Assembly: GCA_012295275.1 (NCBI GenBank) | Contig: CM022669.1 | Coordinates: 4,588,001 to 4,652,000 of the forward strand | From: Chrysomallon squamiferum | Lineage: Eukaryota; Animalia; Mollusca | DNA: 64,000 nucleotides | Direction of reading: 5' to 3' | Part shown: one piece after another, positions 13,262 to 29,292 of the stretch | Layout: each line of letters opens with the position of its first letter | Position numbering within the stretch: the stretch's first letter is position 1 | Program-made: the position numbers and the translations under genes | Notes under the pieces: generated by a model | Told to the model about the DNA's origin: nothing | The model's input: the letters and a program-made list of their open reading frames with translations, nothing else | Databases searched by the model: none

Positions 13262-14604
13262 TATATGCTTTGTTTATCTATAAATACTGAAATATCTTGA
13301 GCTATCGATATTTATTCATTTTGTCTAAGGGTTCTTAGAAAGTCTACTCTAACTAGGATTGATCCTGCAGTCTATCAAACATTAAGCAAGTCTTGCCAGG
13401 CATTATTTCCATCTTACCATTAAGTGTATAGTGATTCAGAGCGAGATGACTTTGAGAGAAACACTAACAACAATCAGCAAAATCTTCATTTCTTTTCTAA
13501 CTTTCATGACCAATCTCATAAGAAGGGAAACATCTGTACTAACTGGAGAAGATCAATGATTTTCTAGAGATGTTTTGTTAAGTACTGCTGTAGTGTTGTT
13601 GTTATTGCTGGATAACAAAAAGAAGTAAAAACAGAAGAAGAGGAAGAAAAGAATGGAACAAAGTAGATTAAAAACAGAAGAAAAAAAATGCAAAAAAATA
13701 AAATAAAATAAATGAAGAAGAAACCCCTAAAAATCCCAATTACAAAAACACAAACAGAAACTAAATTCCCAAATCAAAAAGGAAAACAAATAAATTAAGA
13801 ACTCTTGCCCTTAAAATTATTTAATATAACTGTATTTTCCACCTACATTTTTTTTGTTAAATATAAATATTGCTGAAATAAAAGCAATGTGAATATTAGT
13901 TTGAAAAATGAAAGACCAAGTTATTTACACTAATAACACAATGTCGTTTATTTCTAACACTTACATAAATCAAAGAAAAAATAGAAGAAAAATAATAAAA
14001 TAAAAATTAAAATACCAGTGTTTTTTCAATGAACTGTCATGTAAGCATGAGTAACTGATGTTTTGTATTCATGCATCTAGTTAAGGTTTAAACATGTTAA
14101 ACCAAGGACTGGGTTAGTGTCTTTTTCCCTTCCTAGTCTTACATCATTTCTAATGTTTCAAAAACTGAACCAGTTTCTTGAAGAAATTTAGATTACGTAA
14201 TAGAAAAAAAAATAATAATAATAATTAAAAAAAATAAAAAATATATATATAAATAAACACACACAAATACACATACATACATAAATACATACAAATATAT
14301 CTAAAGATTATATTGTATTATTTAAAACTCAGCTTCCTGTTCTCACTTACAAGGGATTATATAAAAAACAGAACAAACAAGTACAGTTAGGACATCAAAC
14401 AGATACAAACACTTATAGAAATGTTAACTCTTTACTAAGTAAGTGGCTGAGTGCTTAGACAGACAGCCATTCAGGCAAAGATAAGGGGAGTTATTAAAAT
14501 GGAGAGATACATATATACAGACAGACAGCAAAGAGCTATTACAGGTTTCGTAACAGAAACTGTGTGTAATGATGTCAGTTTCAATACAAAAACAGATCCT
14601 GATT

Positions 14605-15760
<1,156 letters not shown>

Positions 15761-17324
15761 CTCAAACAGAAATTGCGCGTCACGATATCGGTGTTAATGT
15801 AGTAGCTGTCCTGTTTGTTTGTGAAGTGATGTTACAACTAAATTCTGATTAATACCAATAATTGTGTTTGATTATCAGCAATCATTTGTCATGAAGCGAC
15901 ACTACCAGACAATCACATTGACTGCAACACAAAATGTCTTGTAGCAACTCTTGTAGGCACAACTAATGGAAATGGGAGAATAAATATCAAAAGTATTGGT
16001 GTTGTTGTTGTTGTTGTTCATCCTTTTTTTCTTCTTCTTTTTAGATTTTAAAAAAGAAGAGGTGGTAATTTTTAAATTTTAACTGTTTTTAAAATTTGCA
16101 ATGAATTATGATGAAGATGATGATGATAAATTTTTTTATTATTATTATTATTACCAGTATTACTGCTGTTATTATTATTGTTATGATTATTAATTACTTT
16201 TACATTATTATTATTATTATTTTTAGTTCTATTACTAATTATTATTATTATTACTATTACTATTACAACTATAATTTTTTTTAAACAAAACAAAGTAAAA
16301 GAAAAAGAAAAGATAAGATACTGATCTAATAAAATAATTTAAATAAAAAAATAAACCTACTTAACTGTCCCAAAACAGTCAAATTTATAACCATTCTCTC
16401 CCTAATCCCTATACACCACACACAATCTTACCATTCTAATGACACAAACAGACATTAAAAACATACCTAAATACACACAGAATGAGTTAAATTTATAACC
16501 AAATACACCAAAGTAACATGCATGTGTACTCAGACACCCGTTATTTCATACAAGTATGATTTACACATCAACCATTACCAGCATTCATTATCATTATCAA
16601 ATAACACTGCCCCAACAACAGTCATACTGAGTTTCATATTCTTTACATCTTTTTTTTTTTTTGTTCTGTTCTTTTGTTTTTGTCAATAAGTAATTATCTC
16701 TGGCTCCATAGCAGTGGTCTGCATGCCCAGCAGTTTGCTAACGAGCTGCTTTGTTGTTTTTTTCTTCTACGGAATCTTAATAAGTAAAATAAAATTAAAA
16801 ATAACACACCCTGCCAATCCGCTGTTCAATTACGTGTAATGATTTTCAGATAATCTGACTTCTTTTTCCTTTATTCACATTTCAGTGTTTGTGTTTGAGA
16901 GTAAAGTTACAAATCATTATTTTCGTTTGGGAGTATTCATTTTCCTCCGTATCAGTTACCAGCTGTTTTTTTTTTTTTTTAAAACCAGTGATTTTAGTTT
17001 GAAACATGAATTCTGTAATCAACACAATCAGTTTATGAAATCTGTGTCTTGTATCCCTCTATTTATTAACAGTGTAATATAAATCATACTGGTGTTAAAC
17101 TTGTAGTTGATATCTTATATGACTTTTGTCTATGTATTAAATATTCTAGTTTTGTAACATTAAAAACAGACACTGACAGATAAATACATCCAAACATTCA
17201 GAGACACCCACACATGCACTCACACACATATACATTCTGATACACAAGACACACACATACACAAACATAAACATTAATATGCATATATATATACGTGCTA
17301 GTCTGTGAGTGTTAAAATGATCTT

Positions 17325-17490
17325 TATTTTATTGCACCAAAAATATATCAAAATTAAAATTATCTATATTTTATTGTACAAAAAATACATGTATGTAAAA
17401 TTTATCTATATTTTATGGCACAAAAATACATGTGTGTAAAATTTATCTATAGTTTATTGGACAAAAATACATGTGTGTAAAATTTATCAA
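17325..17490. repeat. ~41-bp minisatellite (tttatctatattttattg.acaaaaatacatgtgtgtaaaa) x~4
   Basis: tatc core at 17361, 17403, 17444, 17485. Confidence 0.9.
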
Positions 17491-19504
17491 TGTTTTAAAT
17501 GCAGACCGTTAAATTAGAAAAAAAAAAAACACACACACACACATTATTAATATCTATGAAGTATTTACAAATGCACTAGAATTAAAAAGAAATTACTGTT
17601 TTTATAAAATAAAGAAATAAATAATTACTTAAAATCCCTAAACAAAAAAATCAGTCAATTTATCTTACATTAAAATGTTTCTTCAAATATTTCTTCAGCA
17701 GACAGTATCGGTCAGTAGTTTATCAGAATGCAAAATCTCTTTCCAACTTAGACTAACACAAAATGGCTAATGGTCACTTACGTGTCCATCAGAATGTTTG
17801 TCTGTCTGCATTTTTCATTCACTGGAATTCCAAAACTGTTTTGGTTACTCAGAGCATTTCATAGTTTGGGAAATAACACACAGTGAGGTTTACCAGTATA
17901 AAAGGGACTGATCCTAATGGAGTGAAGAAATGGATTGTTTAATGTTATTAAGAAAAAAGAGATGATGTCTCTGTATCCCTTAGAACTATCCTGTCATTTG
18001 CCCCCTCATCATATAATAAATAACCTAGTTTGTAAAATCAAGATCATCAAAAATAGACATAGGTATGTCATAGAGATTTCAGTATTCTTAAAATATTGTT
18101 CATGTTGTGCAGTGCCAGAACAGGATTGTAAATTCACTACCCACAATAAATCAATTAACCTCCACCACTGAGAATGTGAAAAATCAAATATAACAAAAAT
18201 AATAATTGTCTTCATAACAATAATGGTAAAGACAATGATGATGATGCTGATATTGAAAAACAACAAAAATACAGTGAAAATATTGTGATGATGATGATAA
18301 TAATAATAATAATAGTGATGATGATGATAATGATATTAATGACAACAATATTAATCTGAATTTTTTTAGTTTTTATATTACATACGTCATTATTACTAAC
18401 ACTTGATAAAAATACTTGAACAAATATACACATGCTATTGTGTTGGAATATGTGTTGCTATATGTTAATAAAGCAAATGTCGTCATAACTAACACTTTAT
18501 AAATAAACATATTTTAATATTAACAGTCCTGCTGGCACTAATGAAGAATGATAATAACTTGTTACATAATCTACAGAAACAGACTGGTGATCTAGTTAAT
18601 AAAACTGATATTGTCATGGTGTTACTGGCCTGGTCAGACTAGGTGCAGTGTGATTTTCTGGTTACAGAACAATGGTTACACTATACCAGTTATAAAACAC
18701 TGGCTTCAGTATATTAGTTTACATAATACTGGTTTATTTCCACAGTTATAGCCACAATATACTGATTTTAAAGTTACATATATTAGTTACAAAATGTTAG
18801 TTTAATTGCAGTTATAACAGAATGGATAGAATATAAGTGTTTATAAACTCCTCTCAGTTTGTATTGATTATAAAATGCTAGTTCAAAGTGGCATTAAATA
18901 CTGTTTATTACATTGGCACACACACACGTGTTTAGAAGTTTTTCAAAGATCTGATTCCCCAGTATGTGTACAGATGCCAAGGAATGGTGTTTATCTGTTT
19001 AAGACACAGATATGGCTTTGCTGATAAAACATTAAAAGAATATTCACAGTAGAGCTAAACTCGGAGAAATATGACCATTCACACTTTGATAAAACTTCGT
19101 CAAGGTCTTGGTAACACAAGCTAAATCTCTGTTTTTAGTTTTCCTTGTGTGTTAATAATGAAACTACAGGTTCTCTGGACACTTTTTGTAAACAATCAAC
19201 CAAACCACACAAACTGGACATGGTATATTTTGAGTAAACAGAAAGAGTCTGTGACAATGGTGGAAATACGACACGGTCAACACCTGAAAGGTGACCCGAA
19301 CTGACCACAGAGATGTAACTGAATATGGCCCGTGCTCCTGCATGTTTTCAGATGACATGTGTGGACTTTGCTGTTTTCACTTTGTTTGTTTGTTTCTAGT
19401 GTTTTTAAATGTTTATCTCTAAACAGCAGCATTCTAGATATACTGGAAAACAGGAAATTGCACGTAGATGCAGGATGTACATGGGTTAGCATGCCAAAGA
19501 GAGT

Positions 19505-19558
19505 GTTTATGTGTGTGTGTGATGTGTATGTGTGCGTGTGTGTGTGTGTGTTTGTGTG

Positions 19559-19605
<47 letters not shown>
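19505..19605. repeat. (TG)n microsatellite
   Basis: Visible tg run. Confidence 0.95.
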
Positions 19606-21729
19606 TGTGCAGATATGTTAATGACATAGTCATTTTTCTTACAGCTTTGAACAAATGCAAATAAAACAAATATTTATCCAAATTCAGAAGCAACCACTGG
19701 TTGGATCAAAGTTGACAATGTGTGTTTTAAATGAAATTAAAAATCTATTTAGTATTTGTAAATAGATTTTCACAAACATATATATGCCATTTTTTTTTCC
19801 CCGACACCTTTCACCATCTTTGAAACAGTTTCATGATTTCATCCTCCAAAACCTTGGCATCAGTCTGGATGATGAACTACAAACTTTTGTTCCAACACAG
19901 TTATTCTGAAACACTGTCTTAAATCTTGTTGACCCTTCACTGGAAATAAAGTTTCAAATTAAACCTTTAAGACTAACTCTAATCTTCACATCCACCCCAA
20001 CCCAAATTTCCTTTGATGAATACATTTGTCTTATGTAAGATCTTTTAACTCTGACCCTGATTTGCTTTAATTAGCAGTGGAAAATTTAATTTAATCTTTA
20101 CTTTATATATCTAAAAATACCTTAGGCTTACAATACCTTAGTTAAGAACCATAATTTTTATTCTTCAAAAAAGAAACAAAAAAAACCAAACACCTCTACT
20201 AAGATAGCTTAGAATTTCAGATAAATACCACAATCTCATGACCAGTTCTTGCAGTTCATCTAGTGACCTGGCATTAAGGTGAATATTATCTTAGAGTTTG
20301 ATTTCTTTTTAACTTTTATGTTGAATTCATTCATATGAACATATAAAAATAAAATATATGACCTTTAAAATGAAATAAATGTAAACTTGGCAGTTACAAT
20401 AATTTAAAAAAAAAAAAAAAAGAAGAAGAAAAAGAAGAATACTAAAATATTTTCAGAAAAGAAACTTTAAAATATATAATAAATAAAAAAAAAAAAACAA
20501 TCATGAACACATCACAACAATGCATTTAAAAATTCAGAAATATTTGCCAATAAAGATAATACTTTCATTAGCTCATGCAGTCTTTTTAAAATGGAATTAA
20601 AACAAATGATGAAAAAAAAAAAAAGATAAATGATCAAGTTATATTTAAGTCTTTTCAGTCTGTGAAGAAATTAACAACAAAATCATATCAAAAGAAAAAC
20701 AATCTGTAAAAATTTTGTTTTTAAATTATCACAATACAGATATTATGGAGATCTGTCGAAATTAAACCACTAATCATTTCTAACATATTAAAAAAAAAAC
20801 ACTCTCAATTTTCTAAAGACACAGTTACAAATAATTCTGGCCCCTAGATTTAATTCTTGACCCAAATATTATAAGAGTTTATTTCTGATGGACGAACTAA
20901 CTTATTAAACTGAAGTAGGGTTCTCTACAGCTTTCTTTTTAACCCAGATTTGAATCTGTCAATAACACACAATAAAACATCCATTAATAGTATTACTTCT
21001 CTGAATGACAACCTACAGCATTTTCAGTTCTAGGGTGTCGTTGAAAACAACAACAAATCTTTGAATGATCTCATTTTTTCAGTTGTTTTTGCTGACATTT
21101 GTCAACCAGGAAACTGTCTAAATTCTGATTTCTTCCTTCATCAGCCTAAGACAAGACTGTTCCCAGAATCAATCCTTGAAGTAATACTGAGATATTTCCC
21201 GTTCTACTTGACATCTCCTGACTGGATTATCAAAGTCTGTGTTAGGTACTGTCTGACAAAAACTAAACTTCTCGATATTCTGACCAATTTCTTTAACCAA
21301 AATTTATTTTAACTGAATTTTATTACTTTTTTACACAACAGAATTCTTTTTACCCTTCCAACAAAACATGATTTTTTTAAAACCTAATACGACTAAATTC
21401 TTTTAACTTTCCACACTATAATTATTTAAATATAACTTAATTAAAATATATATTTTTGGGATGTCCAGTATAACAAAAATTCTTTTAAACTTTGATATAT
21501 CTACATTTTTTTTTCCCTTTTAACACAATTTCTTTCAACCTTTTACGTGACCAAAATCTTCAAATAAGAATAAATCTATTTTGTTTCTTCTTCTTCTTCT
21601 TCTTCTAATAGAACTAAACATTTTATTCAATTAACCAGAATGAATTCTTTTTATCCATTACCTCTTTAATGTCTGGTCTTGAAACAAGACCATCGTAAAA
21701 AACATTAACTCTAAGAATATAGAAAAAAG

Positions 21730-22383
21730 TGTTTATGATGTCGTCTTGCGTTGTGAATGAAATGCAAATGGCCGAGTCATCGACATATTTCATTTTGCCT
21801 GAAATAACCGGTAGGTGTGCAATGCTGATATTTTTACCTCAGAATTCCTAACACGGGAGACAGCAGCCATCATAAACAACACATAACAGTGCAAAGAGCA
21901 GACGTCTGCCACTTTCACCCAAACACTGATACCACCTTTTTGATCTTCTATAAAACAAGAAGGCATCAATTTGTCAGAAATGGCCACTTCCAATTTCAGG
22001 TCAGGCACGAGCTGCAGGAATTGAAGCTCTTCTTATTTTTTTATTTCCCTCTAACCCAGAACCCGGAGCATTTAGATATAACAGGAAACGTTTTATTATG
22101 TCTACAGAGCTTCATCTTTGACCAGACGTAAAGATAATGGTGGAGATGGTTTTCGCTGGGGTAATTCATTCGCTGTGTCCAAGGAAAGGATTGTGTGTGG
22201 AAGAGGATTTGGGGCTGATTGGATAATTTGTGTTTGTTTAGACGACAGACACACTGATGACCAAGTTGCTGGGCTGGGAGAGTGAGACAGGAAGTTATTA
22301 CAGCGAATTACCTCAAAATCGTTAAGCAGTTATGTTTCCAACACTTCTCCATCCATGAGCACCCACACATTTACTGAACACTG
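21730..22383 (+). promoter_or_regulatory. CpG-retaining island, candidate promoter plus non-coding first exon ending at donor CTG|GTAAGC (22383/22384)
   Basis: Local CpG enrichment, octamer ATGCAAAT (~21762), TATAAAA (21949-21955), donor-like CCG|GTAGGT (21810) and CTG|GTAAGC (22383); followed by microsatellite-rich intron-like DNA. Confidence 0.35.
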
Positions 22384-22494
22384 GTAAGCCAAGATGAACA
22401 GACTGATAGAGACACTCAGAAAACACATATATGTAGTTAGATACACATATCTTGGAGCAATGCAAATAGCATTTATAATAATGAATATAGATAT

Positions 22495-22495
<1 letters not shown>

Positions 22496-22567
<72 letters not shown>

Positions 22568-22570
22568 CAA
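22496..22570. repeat. (GA)n microsatellite
   Basis: Pure ga run. Confidence 0.97.
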
Positions 22571-23904
22571 GAGAGGGACACACTGAGGGACACACAGAGG
22601 GACACAGAGAGAGTGAATGATAGAAGGTATTAGAGAAAGACAAAGAAACTGATGAGAGACAGATAGTGTAGACAAACTAAGAGACAATAACACTGGGATT
22701 TTGAAAATGAAAAAGAGAAAAATGATAGAATTAATTTAGGTGATGAAAAACAAGATGAAAATGTCACTCAGATGACCTGCTGATTAAACACAAATCTTCA
22801 TGACACTGACACATGCAATTAAGAAAGGAGAAGGGGAGACTGCCAGGAGAGAAAACAAACCGATATATAAATAAATAAACATATAGATAAAACAGATAAA
22901 CAGACAGACAGACAGACAGATAGATAAATAGACAGTGTAAAAGTAAATACAGATTTTAAACGGATAAAAGACATAAAAAAAAAGAAAAAAAGATGAAGAA
23001 TGAAGCATAAAAATAAGACGTAATGAGAGAAAAACACAAAACAAATACCCTGACAGACAGACAGCGTGACAGAGAAAGTCAAAACAAGTTAGATAATTCA
23101 CACAGATGACAGACACACAGTATTTGTTAGCAACTCTTTCCAGTGTTTCTTTACGCAGTAATTATCCATCTGAATCTAAGTATGAAAAAGTGACATTTCA
23201 AATCACAAACTCTTTTCACTTTAACACAGAATAATGGACTCTGAAACATTTTATCACTAGTGAGGCATTGTAATAGTCCGGGCTATTGATTGTAGTTAAG
23301 GTAATTTTGCCATGTAATAAAATTTGATGTTCTTGCCACCCCTGTACAAATAAAATCATTGATTCCACTGTCGTTATCTGAATGAATCCACGATTCTTTT
23401 TTTTTTACAACTTGTTAACTTTTTCATTTCTTTTATTAATGTTTTTTTTGTTTTTTGACGTCTAGTAAAAAAAAAAAAATTTTCAAAGCTGAAAGAAAAA
23501 AATGGATATTTTGAATTGTATCCATTGTCAGAATAATAATGTGAAGATGAAGATCATGTGGTTTTAAGCCTAGTACAAACTGTAAAAAATAAAAAATAAA
23601 AATAATATAACAAAATAAAATTTTTAAAAATTATGTGTATCGGTGTGTGTGTGTGGATAGATAAATATAGACAGACAGATATAAAATATTATTTTTAACA
23701 TTTAATTTCTTTATTTTAGATTTTATTTTCATAATAAACACAAGCAAACTGAAATCAAATAATCATTTATCTGTTGAAAGAAAGATTTAAAATAATAATT
23801 TATAACCTTTTATTTCTTTAAAAAATGTTAAATTGAAGGCAAGAAACTCTAGCTAAATATTTATCTTAGTTATTTTCCAGTCATAAAATGAACCCTCTAA
23901 ACAA

Positions 23905-24048
23905 ACAACACACACCCACACACACACACACACACACATATATACACCCACACACACCCACAAACACCCCCACACACACACACACACCCACACACATACC
24001 CAAACACATACACACCCACAAACACACCCACCCACCCACACACACACA

Positions 24049-24113
<65 letters not shown>

Positions 24114-24176
24114 ACACACACCCACACACCCATCCACCCACACACCCCCACACCCCCCCACACACACACACACACT
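23905..24176. repeat. (CA)n/(CACC)n compound microsatellite
   Basis: Visible. Confidence 0.95.
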
Positions 24177-25067
24177 CCATCCTGTGTGTAATTTAAAACT
24201 TAAATATTTCTGGAACAGCCTCAAACATTAATTAGTAAATACGACTGCCACAGAAATCCAGTAACATTTTTAACTTTTTATATTTTATTAGCTTCAAACA
24301 TTATTTCACAAATCTTTTCTTTCCTTTCCTTTTTTTTTTCCTCAAATTATTTTTTGTAATGTATGTCACATTGATCAACATTTTAAAGTTAAAAACACAA
24401 AATCAAAGTCTGTTACAACAACATAAATCTCTGCTAATGTGTAAATTCTACATAACTATTATTTAATGGAAACATGCCATGAGTGTGTTTTAATTTCATG
24501 TTGTTAAAGCTCGGATGACTGAAATATCTATTAATCCATTTTTTCTTTTGGTTTCTTGTAGTGAGTATAAAGATATAGAGAACATACATATATGTTGGGG
24601 ATATAAATGTGAATTTTTGATATATGAGAAAATAAGCACATTGACATTACTGATTCAAACTGTGACACGTTTTATGTGCTTGATAATGAACATTTTAGAA
24701 AAAAGCTACGATTATATTTTAGTATATTTTAGTTTAATGGAATGCATGATTTAAAGTATTCTGATATGTGATTTAGCTATGGCATACGATAAAATTGTAC
24801 AAGGCTTTTTATATGAATATCAGTGGTTTTATATATATTTAGAATTTCACACAAACACACACATTATATATATATATATATATATATAAAGTTGCTAGAA
24901 TGAGATAAAGGTGCTAAAACTTATCCAAGAAGAAAACAAACATTGCTTGAATCAGATAGAGATGGCAAATTTTCAAGATTTCATTTTAAGTGATTAATTA
25001 CCTGAAAAATGCTATTTGATTGGATAAAGAAAAGGTTCATGCAAAAAAAAAAAAAAAAAAAAAAAGT

Positions 25068-25098
<31 letters not shown>

Positions 25099-25758
25099 CA
25101 AAAATAATAAAAATAATAATAAACAACTGGATTAGAAGGTTTTGGTGATTGTGTCATTTTAAAGTTATTTCAGGTATTAAGTTGTTATTACTCTAGTAAT
25201 AATTTTGTCTTTTCTTTGTCAAAAGAAAAAACAGAATTGTTTTATCACTGAACACTCAAATGTGATTTTCTGATTAACCTTGGAGTACAGAGTATTAAGA
25301 TGCAATAATGTCAAGAAAAAAAAAGAAGAAAAAAACCTTTTGTTTTATTTTGACATGATAATATATATTTCTATGTAAAATAAGTTTAGGTATTTATTTC
25401 CAGTATAATTTTTTTTTAAATATGTATTTGTTTATAAATTCTATTTTATCTCTGTTTTTAAATAATAAACTTGTTTTAATTTACATTTTTTTAAAATATA
25501 TATATATAAAAGAATATTTTTATTTCATCTGTTTTGTTATTAAATAAATTAACTTGTACAATAATTAAAACAAATTTAAATAATTCAAAATTTCTGTTTA
25601 ATCTGTTTTTAAATAATAAATTTGTCTTAATACATTTTAATTAAAAAGATAATTAAAAATCAAAATTAAATATTTCTATTGTAATTTCTTTTAAATAACA
25701 AATCTGTCTGAACTTATACTTATATTTTAATTAAATCAAATTTTCTAAACAATAGTTT

Positions 25759-25802
<44 letters not shown>

Positions 25803-25806
25803 ACAG

Positions 25807-25837
<31 letters not shown>

Positions 25838-26767
25838 TAAGAATAATAACAATAATTACTGACAGTTGACATTAGAGAGAAACAAATTAAATTTTACAGT
25901 AATACGTTTTTCACTTACAAACTGATCTCATATACATAGACATTTTTTTAATTTTTATATGTTAGTATTTTGTACCAGAACACATATCACATATATTTTA
26001 ATTTATGAACCTACAACTGATTTCAAATTTAATAGCATTTCAAAATATAACTATGCTTTTATGAATCTATGGTTCATTTTAGTATAAACCTTGCACACCA
26101 AGAATATAATTTTCTCTTTTTTTTTATGAATTCACAGTTGATTTTAGTACAAAGAAAATAAAACTGTCATTGAACTATCAAAAGTTAATATCAAAAGTCT
26201 GAAAAGACTTTTCTTTTTCTTCAGTCATCTGATATGCATAACAAACTATATAAAATGGATTTTATCACTCATTTATCAGCCTTATGAATATTCATAAGAT
26301 ATTTGTACTAATATTTACTGGTCTACGAATTTTTATTACTATTTACTGTCTGACCTGAAGGTTAAAGGTTGCCCAGTATTTTAACTGAGTAAGATAGTTC
26401 TGTCATATTCATAAACAACAAGTTTAAATCCTTGCACTGTGTTTGGGCTCTAATTTATTTATTTTAGCTTTATTATTTTAATAATATTATCTCAAAAATA
26501 AGAAATAAAAACTTTTAAGTGATATAAAATCCTGTACAAAAACTCAAAGTCCAGAAAGATGTGTATATTAGTGTTCATGGTAATGTTAATACGTGTGTGT
26601 GTGTGTGTGTGTACACCCATCTGTGTGTATGTATGTATGTGTATGTATGTGTGTATAAATATATATATATATATATGTGTGTGTGCTATTTTGACATTAT
26701 TTCTATTTAAACACAGGACAAATAATTCAAAATATGCAAATGTACTGTTTCTTTCTCTTTTTTTCAG

Positions 26768-26806
26768 AATATCCAAAGTCATTGAAAATATGAATTATAT
26801 GTCATG
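26768..26806 (+). other. 39-nt internal exon (microexon or 5'-UTR exon ending in ATG) of an unidentified + strand gene
   Basis: Acceptor ctgtttctttctctttttttcag| at 26767 and donor ATG|GTAAGT at 26806/26807; length divisible by 3; one fully open frame (ISKVIENMNYMS, phase 2-2), or terminal ATG preceded by an in-frame TGA (phase 0). Confidence 0.65.
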
Positions 26807-27627
26807 GTAAGTGCTGTGTTGTGTTTGGTATCTTGATTTGTTAAAAAAAAAAATACCATACAGAAAATGTACAAGACTAACCAGTGGAGTAAAAAGAACC
26901 TGACTTTGTCTCTGAAATCATTTTTAATTAACATCTCTAATCTGCCATGTAACCACTGCTGGTATTGAAATGAATTGTTAAATATTACAAACTGGTAATT
27001 TCTTCCTGACACGAGATAACACACTGAGAATCAACAATCAATAATTTACACCCCGCAAATAAATACGCTGAAATGAAATCTATACAGGGAGTTAATTAGG
27101 AAAACACTGGGCCATCTTCTTTCAAAACCTTTAACAGTATTTTTTTTTTTTTTTTTTTTTTTTTAAAGTCAGTGAGAGATTGTTAATTTTAAACTTAAAA
27201 GACAGAAATGCAGAAAATAAACCCCCCTTGAAGAAATATTGAATAGAAGCTGCAATATATTTGTCAATCTTGAATTATGATTGAAACTAAATACTGTGAG
27301 TCAGTTCTGAGTCATGCTAATTAATGTGAGTTATATAAGTCTTTTATGATTGCTGTATAATAATATATAATTAATTATTTATCTTATTCATGAAAATCTA
27401 TGTTGTATTAACAAGTTTTGGATTGGTGTTTGTCTTTATCTACATATGAATTATAAAATGACTGTGCTCTTCGTAATAAATTTGCCCAGTTGTTAAATTA
27501 TTATTTATTAGGAAACAATATTATATGAAGCTTCTTGGCATGTACAATTCATCAACCACGTATTTGGCCAAATTATAATCTTTCTTTATGGTGATATTCA
27601 TTTCATCTTAAAATTTATATCTATTAC

Positions 27628-27768
<141 letters not shown>

Positions 27769-28624
27769 TGACATAGAACTAGAGAAAGAAAGAAAGAATG
27801 AGGTAGACAAATGTGAGAAAACATCAGAGAGAAAAAAGAAAGAATAATAGGGAGAGAAAGAAAAAGAAAAAAAAAAGAGGACAAAAGAAGAATGAGAAGG
27901 AGTGAGAAAAGTATCAAACAGAAAGATAGGGAGAAATGAAATGAGAGAAAGGCATGGACAGCAAGTCCCTCAAACATTTCTAACAAAAAAAAAAAAAAAA
28001 AAAGAAATTGGCTCCATCCTTGTATTAACATGAGTGAATTAGGCGAGTTAATTCACACATTTCAGGAAGGTGGAACAGGATGCGAAAGCTTTCAAGCAAT
28101 TTGTTGTTCACTTTTGCTCTATCACAGAATTATCTCAGCTCTGACACTGAGACAGATATCATCCACCTATCACAAAAACAAGTGATATCACTCATATCTT
28201 CACACTGTTTTATTTTCTGGCAGTCCTGTCATCGCAGTTTTTCCACCAACACTTTGCTTATACCAACAGCTTAAGCAGCCCAGTCCCTGTAGTGTGTAGA
28301 AGGAATTAGACAGTAATGCTGGTTTAATGTTATCCGAGATGAAATTATGTAACCTGGGAATATGTGCTTGTTAAGATGTTGTAGAGTTAAAGAGTCCCAG
28401 AGGAAGAGGTAGAAGGTTTACTGCTGGAAGTCTGACATCTGTTAAAATGTCAGGTAAAACAGAAACGTGGAAGAAGAGAGATAACGAGCAATAATGTAAA
28501 ACATTGAAATACAGAGTGAGGTAGGAAAGAGGGAGATAGAGGGAAAGAAATAAAACAAAAAAAAATTTAAATTTAAAAAAATATATATAAGGCAGACTCA
28601 AAAAATAAACAGAGATGTAGCCAA

Positions 28625-28945
28625 ACAGTTAGACAGACAACCAGACAGACAAACTGACAGACATACAACCAGACAGACAACCTGACAGAGATACAGATAG
28701 ACAGAAAGAGAGATAGACAGAGACACAGCAAGAGAGACAGACATTGTGACAGAATGGCAAACAGACATACAAACACATGCATACATCTATCTATATATAT
28801 ATACAGATACTTATAAACATGCACACATCCATACATACATATACAGACAGACAGACAGACTGACAGACAAACAGACAAAGTTAGACAAAGACAGAGACTG
28901 ATAGACTAACAAATTAATGGATGGATGGATAGATTCAGACAGAGA
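28625..28945. repeat. Degenerate (GACA)n/(GATA)n/(TACA)n tract
   Basis: agacagac, atacatac runs. Confidence 0.85.
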
Positions 28946-29260
28946 AAAGAAAAGACAAAAATAGCAAAAGAGAGAAACAAGTTTCAAATTTAAGAAACCA
29001 AACAATACCACAGAAACTGTTCAAGTGAAGAAATATTTTTAATCCCTTTAAACAAGGGATAAACAAACACACCAAAAATTGATTGAAAAATCCCTTTAAA
29101 ACACATTAATGCATTAAATCAATAAAATTCTATTTCTAACATGAGTACATAATGATGTTAGAAGGAAAAACAAAACATTAACCAACATTTTATCAAAAAA
29201 TTGATTGTACACAACATGTACACACACACACACGCACACATTCTCACACACACACATACA

Positions 29261-29292
<32 letters not shown>

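Noticed and set aside
13303-13310. TATCGATA (DRE motif)
   Set aside because: Single 8-mer next to (GATA)n/(TA)n repeats with no promoter context.
13350-13400. Single B-box-like motifs (13356-13365, 52353-52363, ~8925) as tRNA genes or SINEs
   Set aside because: No cloverleaf and no clear A-box; isolated GWTCRANNC hits are expected by chance in 64 kb.
21735-21810. ATG-initiated 25-codon frame (MMSSCVVNEMQMAESSTYFILPEIT) ending at CCG|GTAGGT
   Set aside because: Phase 1 hits a stop if joined to the 39-nt exon; poor start context; kept only as part of the regulatory island.
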